DNA from: Octopus sinensis
Taxonomy: Eukaryota
Reading direction: 5' to 3'
Length of the DNA: 64,000 bases
Assembly: GCF_006345805.1 (NCBI RefSeq)
Contig: NC_042999.1
Coordinates: 152,148,001 to 152,212,000, forward strand
Shown: positions 12,301 to 26,623 of the stretch, piece by piece
Layout of the letters: each line of letters opens with the position of its first letter
Position numbering within the stretch: the first letter of the stretch is position 1
Position numbers and translations under genes: made by a program
Notes under the pieces: generated by a model
What the model saw: the letters and a program-made list of their open reading frames with translations, nothing else
Databases searched by the model: none
Told to the model about the DNA's origin: nothing

Positions 12301-15300
12301 CCATCCGATCATGTCCGTTCGCCAGCCTCATCAGGCACCTGTGTCGGTGGCACATAAAAACACCATCTGAAGACCCGGCAAGACTAGTCAGGCCATAACC
12401 CGTGACCCCTACCTGGGACGTAGTCAGTCCGCCTGTGCATACCTTCCTTCTTGTGACACTTGTGAAGACCTGATGAGGCAAGTGATCAAATCAAAACAAA
12501 TCAAAATAGATGAACATCAATGGAATTTGTATCTTTGTGGTACCAGGGCGGGTGGCACACAAGATAACCATCCGAACATGGCCGTAGCCAGTACCGCATC
12601 GACTGGCCTCTGTGCTGTGGGCTCATAACAAACACCATCCGATCGTGGCCGTTCGCCAGCCTCATCTGGCACCTGTGTCGGTGGCACATAAAAACACCAT
12701 CCGAAGACCCGGCAAGACTAGTCAGGCCATAACCCGTGGCCTCTACTTGGGACGTAGTCAGTCCACCTGTGCATACCTTCCTTCTTGTGACACTTGTGAA
12801 GACCTGTTGAGACAAGTGATCAAATCAAATCAAATCAAAATAGATGAACATCAATGGAATTTGTATCTTTGTGGTACCAGTGCCGGTGGCACACAAGAAA
12901 ACCATCCGCACGTGGCCGTAGCCAGTACCGCATCGACTGGCCTCCGTGCTGTGGGCACGTAACAAACACCATCCATCTGGCACCTGTGTCGAAGACACAT
13001 AAAAACATCATCCGAAGACCCGGCAAGACTAGTCAGGCCATAACCCGTGGCCCCTACCTGGGACGTTGTCAGTTCACCTGTGCATACCTTCCTTCCTTCT
13101 TGTGACACTTGTGAAGACCTGTTGAGGCAAGGGAAAATCAAATCAAATCAAATCAAAATAGATGAACATCAATGGAATTTGTATCTTTGTGGTACCAGTG
13201 CCGGTGGCACACAAGAAAACCATCCGAACGTGGCCGTAGCCAGTACCGCATCGACTGGCCTCCGTGCTGTGGGCACGTAAGAAACACCATCCGATCGTGG
13301 CCGTTCGTCAGCCTCGTCTGGCACCTGTGTCGGTGGCACATAAAAACACCATCCGAGCGTGGCCGTTCGCCAGCCTCGTCTGGCACCTGTGTCGGTGGCA
13401 CATAAAAACACCATCCGAGCGTGGCCGTTCGCCAGCCTCGTCTGGCACCTGTGTCGGTGCACATAAAATCACCCACTACACTCTCGGAGTGGTTGGCGTT
13501 AGGAAGGGCATCCATCTGTAGAAACACTGCCAGATCTGACTGGCCTGGTGCAGCCTTCGGGCTCCCCAGACCCCAGTTGAACCGTCCAACCCATGCTAGC
13601 ATGGAAAGCGGACGTTAAATGATGATGATGATGATGATGATGATGATATATGTATATGTGTGTGAGTATTTGTGTCTGTGTTTGTCTCCCTACCATCGCT
13701 TGACAACCGATGATGGTGTGTTTATGTCCATGTCACTTAACAGTTTGGCAAAAAGAGACCAATAGAATAAGTACTAGGCTTACAAAGAATAACACCTGGG
13801 CTCGATTTGTTCATCTAAAGGCAGTGCTCCAGCATGGCTGCTGTCAAATGACTGAAACAAATAAAAGAATATTCATACCTGTATAGATCAGGAAAGAGCT
13901 TGTTGTGTTGAGGAAGAGCTTTTATGGCTGGATGCCCTTCTTGATGCCAACTCTCATCTCCAAGTCTGCAGACATGGCTAAGAACAATACTGTATGAACA
14001 AGTCTTTAATTCACAAAGATTGCTCAACATGTCAAGATATGTCAACAAGCCTGGACATGCTTTTGCAATATCAGTCATCATCATCATCATCATCATCATT
14101 TAATGTTCATCTTCCATGCTAGAATGGGTTGGACAGTTCGGCAGAAGCTGGCAAGCCAGAGAACTGCACCAGACTCCAGTTTGTTTCGGCATGATTTCTG
14201 TGGTTGAACGTCCTTCCTAACACCAACCACTTTACAGAGTGTCCTTGGTGCCTTTTGTGAGGTATCAGCACCAGTGAGGTGTATTTGGTATAGTTTTTAT
14301 AGCTGGATGCACTTCCTAAGGCTAACCACTTTTCAGAGTGTACTGGATGCTGTGGTGTGGGATCCTGGATTTTTTTTTTTTTTGGATGTTGCCCAAAAGT
14401 TTTGAGAAAAATCGCATTTGTATGTATTCTGACTTGTGGCAAACCATATACATATGAAACAGAATTGCTGTGAAACTGCTGGAAATAAAATAACAATGTT
14501 ATATTTGCAACAGTGCAGTGAGTATTGATTTACCTATGGAATGTAGTAGCAAACTACATTTGTGTATCATCATTGGCATCGTTTAACATCCGTCTTCCAT
14601 GCTAGCATGGGTGGAATGGTACCACAAGAGCTGGCCAGGCCAAAGCCTGCACCAAACTCCTGTGACTGTTTTGGCAGGATTTTTACTGCTGGATGCCTTT
14701 CCTAACATCAACCCTGCAGCAGAGTGGACTTAGTGCTTTATCATAACTTAATAACATGGAAAACAACAAAACCATTATTAAAGTTCAAGCTCGTATTTTC
14801 AAAATTTGTTCCTGATATTTTTGGCATCGGCTTGGCTAGAAAGAGTGTTGCCCGGGCAACTAGGGCAACACCCCCTGCATCCGCCACTGTAAGTGAATGA
14901 CACCATCCGTATGAACAGTGAGACCTTTGTTAATAATCACTGAATACATGTGATGACGAAGGGAAATCTGAACACATTTGCAAAAACACACATTCATATA
15001 CATTTGCATATGGAGTTAAGTATACATCAGACTTCTTCTAGTTTCCATCTCCTGAATACACTCATAAAAATGTTATTAACCTGAGGGTACCATAGAAGTC
15101 TTTTACCCAGGGTGCCACACAATGGGACTGAACTTAAAACTGTGTGGTTGGGAAGTGAAATTCTTTACCACACAGCCATGTCTGGGCCTACAAAGATTTA
15201 GTAAAATAATTTTGTCCTAATTAAGCTGGTGTTTGAGGTACATAGCTTAGCAGAATCTTCTTAAAATTGATGGGAGTTTTTTCTTAATTTAAATTTGAAC

Positions 15301-16838
15301 ATATTAATAAAAGAAGTGTTGTATACAGAAATTAGAATCAGAAGCAGTCCATAGTGAGTTGGCATCAAAAGGGTCAATCTTTAAAAAATTGTTTCTTTGA
15401 TTTATTTTTTTTTTCTATAAAAATATGTTAATTGGCTTAAAAAATAGTCTGTTATTTTTTTCCTTGAAAAATGCGGCTGTTATGTAGAGTATGGTACATT
15501 AAAAAAACAAAATATGGCTGTTTGCTTGGTGTATGATGCAAATTTCAGATATAACATTCAATGGATTTCTTTGATAAAGGGCAATAAAACTACTTTGGTT
15601 ATGGAGATAGAGGAAAATGCCTGACTATCAGATAGAGACAAATTTATATCAATTCTGATCATTTTGTGCTTAGAAGGCATTCATTGCACTTAGAAGCATT
15701 ACTCCACTCCTATACATGCACACGCATGCACACACGCACACACATACACACTATTATATATCTAATTCTCTTTCACTGAGTCTGTCATAAAACAGTATTT
15801 TAGCTTTTTTTGATGTTGTAGTTTGTTTTTCTCTTTTCAAATAAAGATTCAATGTGTGCTTAAGAAGCTTGCATTCCCGAACCATTTGGTTCTGAGTTCC
15901 ATCCTTCATGTGGCACCTTGGGCAAGTGTCTTCTACTATAGCCTCTGGCTGACCAAAGTCTTGCGAGTGGATTTGGTAGGCAAAAATGGAAAGATGCCTC
16001 CTCATGTGTGTGTGTGTGTGAGTGTGTGAGTGTGTGTGTGTGTGTGAGTGTGTGTGTGTGTGTGCACGTGTATGTGTGTGAGTTGTCTTCAATAATCATG
16101 ACATCACATGATTATTGTATACAAGTGTCACTTTATCTGTGTCATAAACCCCCTCCACTTAAAAGACTATTCCAGTGGGAGGTGCCACACAAAAAGCCTC
16201 CAGTGCACTCTATAAAGTGGTTGGTGGGGTATTGGGGAGGGCATCCAGCTTTAGAAACCATGCCAGAACTGACAATGGAACCTGGTGCTGCTCCTGGCCA
16301 TACCAGCTCCTGTCAAACCACACAGCTCCTGTCAGCTTGGAAAACAGATAGTAAGTGATGACGATGACGACGCAATCCCTATTGCTCATCCCCACTTTTT
16401 TTCCCCCTTCTCTTCTTCCCAAAAAGAAAAGCTCTACTTTGTATTTTGTCCCTTCTGTGTTTAGCCCTGCATGGCCAATAAAGAAATCTATTATCATTAT
16501 TATTATTATTGTGAAGGTGCATGGCTCAGTGGTTAGAGCATAGAGCTTATGATCATGAGGTTGTGAGCTCGATTGCCAGACCGGGCTGTGTGTTGTGTTC
16601 TTGAGCGAGACACTTTATTTCATGTTGCTCCAGTTAGCTGTAGAAATGAGTTGCGACATCACTGGTGCCAAGCTGTATTGGCCTTTGCCTTTCCCTTGGA
16701 TAACACTGGTGGCATGGAGAGGGGAGGCTGGTATGCATGGGTGACTGCCAGCCTTCCACAAACAATCTTGTGCCTCGGAGGGTAACTTTTTAGGTGCAAT
16801 CCCATGGTCATTCATAACCAAAGGGGGTCTCCTCCTCC

Positions 16839-16908
<70 letters not shown>

Positions 16909-19900
16909 TAGGGCAATCATTATGCAGTGCGCTGGCAGAATCATTAACATACTGGGCGAAATGCTTCACAGCGATTCTTCTGTCTTTACATTCTGAGTTC
17001 AAATTCTGCCAAGGTCAGCTTTGCCTTTCATCCCTTCAAGGTTGATAAAATAAATACCAGTTGGACTCTGCAGTCAGTGGTATGGCCCAGGGCTGCACCC
17101 TTCTTCCAAATTTCAGGTTTTGTGCCTATAATAGAAAGGATTTAGTACAATTATTGAATCAAAGTTGTTTCTTATTAACACTTTTGTTTCCGTATTTACT
17201 TTGAGATGCTCTATGTTTCTTTCAATTAATTTTAAATATAAGAAAGAATTTAGTAAAATAACTTAGTTATCATCAAGCTAGTATTAGGAACATAAATCGG
17301 GACTAAGGTTTGGTGGAAGATTTTAATCCAGAACTTATGAAAACAAGACATTTGTACTACAGAGCCAGAGACGATTTCAGCCAGGTTGGTACCAGAAGGG
17401 TTAAATTAATCCTTTGTTAAATTAATCATTTGTTGACCCTTTCGTTACCATATTTCTGTTGAGATGCTCTATGTTTTTTTTTTTCCTGTTAATTTTAAAT
17501 ATAACAGAATTTAGTAAAATAACTTAGTTATCATCAAGCTAGTGTTAGGAACATAAATTGTGACTAAGGTACGGTGGAAGATTTTTATTATGAAACAAGA
17601 CATTTGTACTACAGAGCCAGAGGTGGTTTCAGCCAGGCTGGTATCAAAAGGGTTGAAGGAGGGTAGGGATACAGAGGAGAGATAATTTCAAACCAAATTA
17701 TGTTTTGGGCTCAAGGCCAGCAAGTTCAGGTGAGAGGTAAGTCGATTCTGTCAACCTCAGTGCTTGAGTGGTACTCAACATTTTGCCTGATGTGTTAACA
17801 ATTTGCCAGCTCACTGCTGTGCAGAAGAGAGATAGTTGACAGCATGGATGACTACCTTGTGACCACTTACTCTTTTACTTGCTTCAGTCATTTGACTATG
17901 GCCATGCTGGAGCACTGCCTTTAGTTGAACAAATCAACCTCAGGACTTACTCTTTGTAAGCTTAGTTGTCAAGCGATGATGGAGGGACAAACACAGACAC
18001 AGATACATATGTACATAAATATGTGTGTGATGGGCTTCTTTCAGTTTCCATCTACCAAATCCACTCACAAGGCTTTGGTTGGGCCAAGGCTATAGTAGAA
18101 GACACTTGCCCAAGGTGCCACACTGTAGGACTGAACCTGGAACCATGAGGTTGGGAAGCAAGCTACTTACCACACAGCCACTCCTGCGCCTTGTCCAAAT
18201 GTTTTGCAAAATACTTCTGTGCAGATGCCCTGACCTATCACATTGATAGTTTAAATGATGTTAGTATTTATCTTCTCTGTCAGAAGTGACTTTACTTTCT
18301 ATTTCTTGCAAATTAATGAAAACTAAAAAGAAAATTGTAAAAACATAATTAAAAAAAAATAAGCAGTGACAAAGTAATGAAAATTTCTGCTCATGTACAA
18401 CTGGAAAAGTATAAGAAGTGATAAAAGTTTAGGAAAATAAAAACATATTGGTTTTGATTTCTGAGAAGCTGAAGTGGAAAGATTTATGTCTCAGGAGTGT
18501 TGGATTTTTTTCATGATAGAAATTATATTTTCAAATTTGTACACTAAAATCAGTCAATATAGGAGAGAGAAAGAGAGAGAAAGAGTGGGGTGAGAGAGAG
18601 TTCTTCTCCAACATTATTCCAACCAGTGAACAAATTCTCTGGAGATTCAAATAATAAATTTACCACTTGCCAATTGCTAAAACTTCATAATATTCCCAGA
18701 CAGATTGAAAGAACAAGTTAGGTGAGTGTCATGATTTAATTATGAAGTTGACTTTTGTGAAAATTTGTGTTTTGTTAATGGAGTTAAGGAAATCAAAATT
18801 CTGACGTCCTTAGACTGGATTCCATGCTATTCTCTTACAATTATTTTAGACTGGGGTGTGGTTAACACACTTAATAGTCTTAACTACTTAGCAAATAGGA
18901 CTTTGTTACTACAGCTAGAGATTTAGTAACTTAATTTGGCCAGGCATGTGATGTAGGCATTCTGATTAATTAAGAGTGTGTTTTGATTTAGAAGGTGGTA
19001 ATGTATTTTGATCATGAACCAGAACATACACATGCATGCGTATGCTCACACACACACACACATATGTGCGTGTGCACACCCACACACTTGCGTACACACG
19101 CACACGCGTGCACACACTAAGGGTGGGGACCCTTTAGTCAGGGAATGGTACGGTGACTGATGTGATTCTGCCAACATCATAAGATATTTTAGTAGAGTAT
19201 CATTTACAGCAGGGTTTCTCAACCATTTATTTACCTATGGACCCCACTTTGATTTTTATTTTACTCAAGTGGACCTTCTTGGCCATTCATCATCATCACC
19301 ATTTAACATCTGTTGTCAATGCTGGCATGGGTTGGATGGTTTGACCAAGGCTGGCACGCTGGAAGGCTACATCAGACTCCAGTCTGATTTAGCGTGGTTT
19401 TCTATGGCTGGATGTCTTTTCTAACCAGTCCGAGAGTGTAATGGGTATTTTTACATGTCACTTGCACGACCCCGGTATCTGCCATGGCTACGAGTTTCCT
19501 TGGCTTGATGGGTCTTCCTCTCAAGCATGACATAATGCCAAAGGTCTCAGTCATTGCCACCGTGAGGCCCAACATTCAATGTTTAAAAATACCCTATTAC
19601 ATTTTCACAATTAAATATTATTAAGATTTGCATAAGAAAAATTGTTAAAACATTTTGTTTATTATAGAAGTATAACCAATGTATTGCACATAAATTTAAA
19701 CAGCAAAATCTCATATGGACCCTTAGGGGTTTTTGCTGAGAACCACTGGTTTACATGGACATTATTAGGGTATTTATTAAAGTGAAATCCTTTTTTTCTC
19801 ATTTCTCTTTTATAATTGGCAAGTATTATATTCACTTTGATAATTAATAATTGACATTTTAACACCAAGGCTTTCATATTGATAAAAAAGAACTGTTTAT

Positions 19901-20154
19901 TGCAAAGATACTGGCCTGTTTCTATGATAGACTGCTAAGTTGTTTGGCTGTTAACATAAATATTGATCCATTGGGGGATCAGAACCATCAAGTCATTTTA
20001 TGTTTCTTCAAGGGGTGGGGATTGGGGTATCCCCCCCTCCTGCCTAGAAATTTGAAATTCCTTCTTCTTGATTTGTAAGTTTTATATGTTGACTGTGCTA
20101 GATTATTTCTCAATTTCTAGCAGAAAAAGTAATATATACATACATACATACATG

Positions 20155-20200
<46 letters not shown>

Positions 20201-21108
20201 TACTAAAATAGTGCTAATAGTTCCTATAAAATACCATATCTTGGAACTATTTTATGGTAATTGAATCAATTATCGTAAAATATCATCATGAACTTGCATT
20301 TAGTTAATAGCTGTCAAAATCTGATTTCAAAGGTCTAATGCATTCTGATTCATTGTGAAATACCAACTGTAGAATTTGGTTTACTAAAAATTAATAGGAG
20401 GCATAGCTTGTATAGGTTATGACATTCACAACAACAGGGAGATATGCCATTTATTTCTTGAAATGGGGAAAAAAGGAATTTTTTGCATGGTATTCTTTTT
20501 AATCTGGAAAAAAAAAAGAATAAATAAAAAAATAAAAACGTAATAAATCCCGAATCAAACCATCAACTTTGGTACAAAATCTTGATGCATTAATTGGTAT
20601 AGAATTTGAGAGAAAGGAAACAGCTTTTAGTTAGTCACTTATGTAGCCAGATCCACTAAGTCAAGTTTTCAACTAAAAAGATATGTTTACTTCGGAGAAT
20701 ATTATATAAACAGGCTATATGTATGTATATGTATCATTATCATCATCATCATCCAGCGTTTTAAATCTGGGCTTTGTCCCTGTTAACAGGGGTGGCTAGA
20801 TCTACCTCAATGCCATAGCAACTGAAGTAGGCAGGTGCAGCCCACCCCAACCTTTGGGCTGGCTGGTGGCCAGTCTCCTTTGCTATCATGAGGCTCTTTT
20901 GAAGCTGGATTTTCTACCGGGAGCATGCCCTTGCTTACCCTAACCTCAGTCTCTAGACATGGGTGGTCCTGAGACCGAAGCATCTACCACAATTTTTAAG
21001 AAATGTGGCGGAAAACTTGCTCAGGAAGGCAGGGACACTACTCCCTGAGACCCCTTTTGCAGCACCCCTATGTATACATATGTATATATGTGTATATATA
21101 GATATCTA

Positions 21109-21143
<35 letters not shown>

Positions 21144-21166
21144 ATATATATATATATATCCATCTA

Positions 21167-21219
<53 letters not shown>

Positions 21220-21220
21220 A

Positions 21221-21255
<35 letters not shown>

Positions 21256-24200
21256 TTCTAATATAGGATAAAATTTATTTCAAAAATTTCATCAAAGTGG
21301 CCAGCATATTAAAAATACCTTTAAAGGTGAAAACTATAAACAATTATAAATAAAGGCAAAAGATAAAAGATATCTATGCCAATATGTTGAGAATAGACTT
21401 TCAATCGTCAATCACCACAAATACACAAATGTATATACAAATGGCTTACATACATGTTGCTGTGTTGTTAGGAAGTTTGCTTCCCAACCATGTGGTTTCA
21501 TGTTCAGTCCCACTACATGGCATCTTGGTCTAGTCTCTTCCACAATACTCCTGGGCCAATCAGTTTTGTGAGTAGGTTTGAACTAAGGATCTTTATTTCT
21601 AAACTGACAGTAATAACATTCCCTCTGGCACCCCACCACTGACATATTTTTTCTTCTTGGCTACTCTATCCACCCTTATATAATGCAGGTACCATGTATC
21701 TCCACTATAGCAAGCCTTTTGACACAAACCCAACCGCTCTCATCTCAAATAACCCCCTGCCAAATTAGTTGCAAGGAGTGAGGGTCCTTTATATGTTATA
21801 ACTGGTTTATATTAAAGAATGAAGATATTATGAGTCAGTATAGTTTTACCAATTCTGACTCTAACTCCAGTTATCACTTGTTTCTGACTCCGACTCCACG
21901 ACCCTGAATCTGAGTTGACAACTTTGAATCTGACTCCACAGCCCTGGTAGAAACTATGCCAAAGCTGACACTGGAGCTGAACACAGCTTTGTGGCTTACC
22001 AGCTCCTGTTAAACCATCCAACTCCTGCCAGCATGGGAGACAGACATTAAATGATGATGACGATAATGTTTCTCAATCCAGTATTTGCTTTACTATGTAT
22101 TTCTCCAGAAATAAGACATTTGATAGTGATCTAATCAATATCTAGCTAATCAAAGGCGGAGAGCTGAGCATGTCGGGCAAAATGCTTAGTGGCATTTCAT
22201 CTGCTGTTATGTTCTGAGTTCAAATTCCACCGAGGTTGACTGTTCCTTTCATCCTTTGGGGTCAGTTAAATAAGTACCAGTTACGCACTGGGGTTGATGT
22301 AATTAACTTAATCCCCTTGTTTTTTCCCTCTATGTTTAGACCCTTGTGGGCAGTAAAGAAATAAATATGTTGCTTTACTATGTATTTCTCCAGAAATAAG
22401 ACATTTGATAATGATCTAATCAAAGGTGGTGAGCTGGTGGAATCGTTACCATGCCAGAAAACCCACTTAGCTGCATTTCTTCTGACTTTATTTTGAGTTC
22501 AAATGGTGTTGGGGTTGGCTTTGCTTTTCATCATTTCAGGGTTGATAAAATAAGTACTAACTGAACACTGGAATCAATGCAATCAAAATACGCCTCCCCT
22601 GAAATTGCTGGCCTTGGACCAGAATTTGAAACCAATGTTTAGCTAATTGAAGCAGTAGAGAAGTAAATATTAATAAATAAAAGGAAAAAAGTGAAGTTTT
22701 TCTTTCTGAAAATGGGATTAAAAGTTCTAACTAATTCTCGTATTATAATATATATTTCTTTATTGCCCACAAAGGGCTAAACATAGAGGGGATAAACAAG
22801 GACAGACAAAGGGATTAAGTCGATTACATCGACCCCAGTGCGAAACTGGTACTTTATTTATCGACCCCGAAGGGATGAAAGGTAAAGTCGACCTCGGCGG
22901 AATTTGAACTCAGAACGTAACGATAGACGAAATACCGCTAAGCATTTCGCCCGGCACGCTAATGAGTCTGCCAACGCCTCGTATTATAATATAATGTATT
23001 TAACCACCTCAATCTAACTTCAATTTTTAATGAATATAGAAATATATTAACTAAGCTGAATATCTATATTATGCAAAGGACCTTCTAATTGGTTTGATTA
23101 TATGTGAAAACAGTACAACTAATTAGTATTCTTCACAGCATGTATGTAAATATATCTTGTCATGTGAACATATGAGTGTATGTGTGTGTGTGTGAGCATG
23201 TGTGGCATGTAAAAAACACCATTTGAGCGTGGTTGTTGCCAGTGCCACCTGACTGGCTCCCACCCATGCTGGCACATAAAAAGCACTATTTGAGCATGGT
23301 GGTTGCCAGTGCTGCCTAACTGACTCCTGTGCTAGTGGCACATAAAAAGCACCCAGTACACTCTCGGAGTAGTTGGCATTAGGAAGGGCATCCAGCTGTA
23401 GAAAGCTTTGCCAGATCAGATTGGAGCCTGGTGCAGCCTTCTGGCTTGCCAGCCCTCAGTCAAACCATCCAACCCATGCCAGCATGGAAAGCAAATGTTA
23501 AACGACAACGATGATGATGATATATATGTATACAGAGAGAGAGAGAGGAGAGAGAGAGAGATGTATGTACTTGTGTATACATCACTATATAAATAACATT
23601 TTTTTACATGTATTCACATATGTAGTATATATAATGGGTGCATGCATATTAAAACAGACTCCACCTAGTAACACAAGTCAATGTTAATATCATACACACA
23701 CACACACACAGCATTATTCATTCTTTCTACTTTATATACTCATTGCTTGTTGTCTTTGAAGCTGTTGTTTTTGTAGTTTTATTTACATTTCAATTCAGTG
23801 ATAATAATATTTACGTTCTAAAGAGTCTCCTAATTTATTAATTATATGCAGCTTTTTTCAAAGCTTGTGAGCAATTAACATAGATAAATGGGTTAACACT
23901 TTTGTTGTCATCATTTTTTTTTAATGTTAGAGATGAAGAAACATCGCAGCTTTTAATTTTTCTCCTCTCTTTCATCATCTTTCTCATTCCCTCTGTCTCC
24001 GATCTCCCACCCCCCTCTGCCTTGTTTTTGTTTTCATTTTCAAATGCCATTGTTTGTATATCTGTGAGTATGTGTGTGTGTGTGTGCGGGTGTGTATGTA
24101 TGTATGTAGGTATGTGTGTATGTATGTATATTTATATGTACACACTCACACACACACACAAATATTAACACACATCCACTCTCCTATATATAAGTGTATG

Positions 24201-26295
24201 AATGTATATAAATATATATGTTGTGTATATGTGTGTATATACTCATTCACACACATCCACTCTCCACACATCCAACCATATCTGTGTGTGTGCGGGTGTG
24301 TGTGTATGTATATTTATATGTACACACACACACTCACACACAGATATTAACATACATCCACTCTCCTATATATAAGTATATGAATGTATATAAATATATA
24401 TGTTGTGTATATGTATGTATATACTCATTCACACACATCCACTCTCCACACATCCAACCATATCTGTGTGTGTGCATCCGTATGTGAATAAGCTTGTGCA
24501 GCAATGCAAATGAATGCATGCGTAAGTAAAGGAGATGAGTAAATTGAACACATGTCCTGCAGAACAAAATATTATTTTCCTGTGAGATAGTTCCTATAAA
24601 AACTGTATGTGCATATCGAAATGGTTTACTCTACTCCACAAATAGGAGTTTAGTCTTCTAACTTACAATAATAATATACATTGGAAGCAAGACTGGTTTC
24701 TCTCGTTAATAAAATTATCTTCATTATAGTGGATTCTTATTATATGAAGAGGTATTTGCCGACATCTTTGTCATGTGGTCGTTATGAAGGGCCATCAGCG
24801 TTTAAAACTACTTACAATTATAACATACTTAAGAATACTTTAAACACTACATATGTCCGTTAGTAATTATGTTACCACTTGTAACAGTATCTGTTATAAT
24901 TAATGTAATTGCTTTCATTTCTTTGATAATGAGGTCTTGATACATTTCATAGAATATTTTAATCAAATTTTGTAATGAAAGTATAAAGAAGACAAAAATT
25001 GATGTACCCCAGTATAGCCACAGCTAAATGGTTGAAACATCTTTGTGACAGGAGTGGCTGTGTGGTAAAAAGCTTGCTTCCCAACTCCATGGTTCTAGGT
25101 TCAGTCCCACTGCATGGCCAACCAAAGTCTTGCAAGTGGATTTGGTAGATGGAAAATGAAAGAAGCCATCATATATATGTATGCATGTATGTATATGTTT
25201 GTGTCTGTATTTGTTCTCCCATCATCACTTGACAACCGATGTTGGTGTGTTTACATCCCCATAGCTGTTCGACAAATGTGACCAATAGAATAAGTACTAG
25301 GCTTACAAAGAATAAATTCTAGAGTTGATTTGTTCAACTAAAGTTGGTGCTCCAGAATGGTCAGAGTCAAGACTGAAACAAATAAAAGATATATATATAT
25401 AATGTATTTGTGTCTCTGTGTTTGTCCCTCCCCCCACCATTGCTTGACAACCAATGTTGGTGTGCTTACATCCCTGTAACTTAGCTCTTCAGCAAAAGTG
25501 ACCGACAGAACAAGTACTAGGCTTACAAAGAATACATCCTGGAGTCAGTTTGTTCGACTAAAGGCAGTGCTCCAGCATGGCCGCAGTGAAAATGACTGAA
25601 ACAATTAAAAGAATAAAATTGCCAAGTTTAACTCTTTAGCATTTAATCCTGGCCCCAATAATCTGCCCGATTATGTTTAAAGTGGTTAAATCTAACTTCT
25701 CACACCTACCCTACATTGTCATTCTAAAAATATACAAAAATCTATCTAGTAAAATATCCATTTTACGGATCCTCACATCGTGGAAAATTTGCAGATCTTT
25801 TAGTCTCATTTTTCTCCCATTGCTAAGAATACCTGATGTCTAGTTTTTCTTATAATTACCTATTATTGTGTTTTGTTGCCATCCACTCCATTCTATCTTC
25901 CCAGTAGAAAATGGAGCTAAACTTTGATGTATGCAGAGGTAGGTGTTAGCATTAGTGATGTGTATAGGTGTGAATTGAAAGAAATAGGAGTCTTATGGAA
26001 GCTGTTTGTGAATGAGGTTACAGACATAGCACTAGTTCCAAGAGTGTGTATCATGATAAGCTGTATGGAGATTGGTGGTGGGGTTGGGCAGTGTGACTGT
26101 ACCAGCAACAAAATACACTTGGATTTTCCACCTATGTAGGCGCAGGAGTGGCTGTGTGGTAAGTAGCTTGCTTGCCAACCACATGGCTCTGGGTTCAGTC
26201 CTACTACATGTAGCCTTGGGCTGATCAAAGCCTTTTGAATGGATTTGGTAGACGGAAACTGAAAGAAGCCTGTTGTATATATATGTGTATATATA

Positions 26296-26330
<35 letters not shown>

Positions 26331-26348
26331 ATATATATATATATATAT

Positions 26349-26381
<33 letters not shown>

Positions 26382-26402
26382 TATATATATGTATATATAT
26401 AG

Positions 26403-26443
<41 letters not shown>

Positions 26444-26480
26444 ATATATATATATGTATATATATATATGTATATATATG

Positions 26481-26516
<36 letters not shown>

Positions 26517-26519
26517 ATG

Positions 26520-26574
<55 letters not shown>

Positions 26575-26587
26575 GTATATATATATG

Positions 26588-26623
<36 letters not shown>

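Noticed and set aside
11750-12481. 243-aa minus-strand ORF and neighbouring repeated ORFs
   Set aside because: Antisense reading of the RTE 3' UTR tandem array; no domain signature.
11367-13480. Regular repeats resembling a CRISPR array
   Set aside because: No unique spacers, units are over 300 bp and LINE-derived, eukaryotic context, no cas genes.
16511-16590. tRNA-like sequences at SINE heads
   Set aside because: A/B boxes run into SINE cores and no complete cloverleaf is evident; not tRNA genes.
18704-18721. Frame-preserving 18-nt microexon candidate (cag/attgaaagaacaagttag/gtgagt)
   Set aside because: Good donor but almost no pyrimidine tract; not supportable without reads.
26065-26100. 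GDWW motif (gga gat tgg tgg)
   Set aside because: The frame closes within a few codons; no acceptor and no GxIPxNY.
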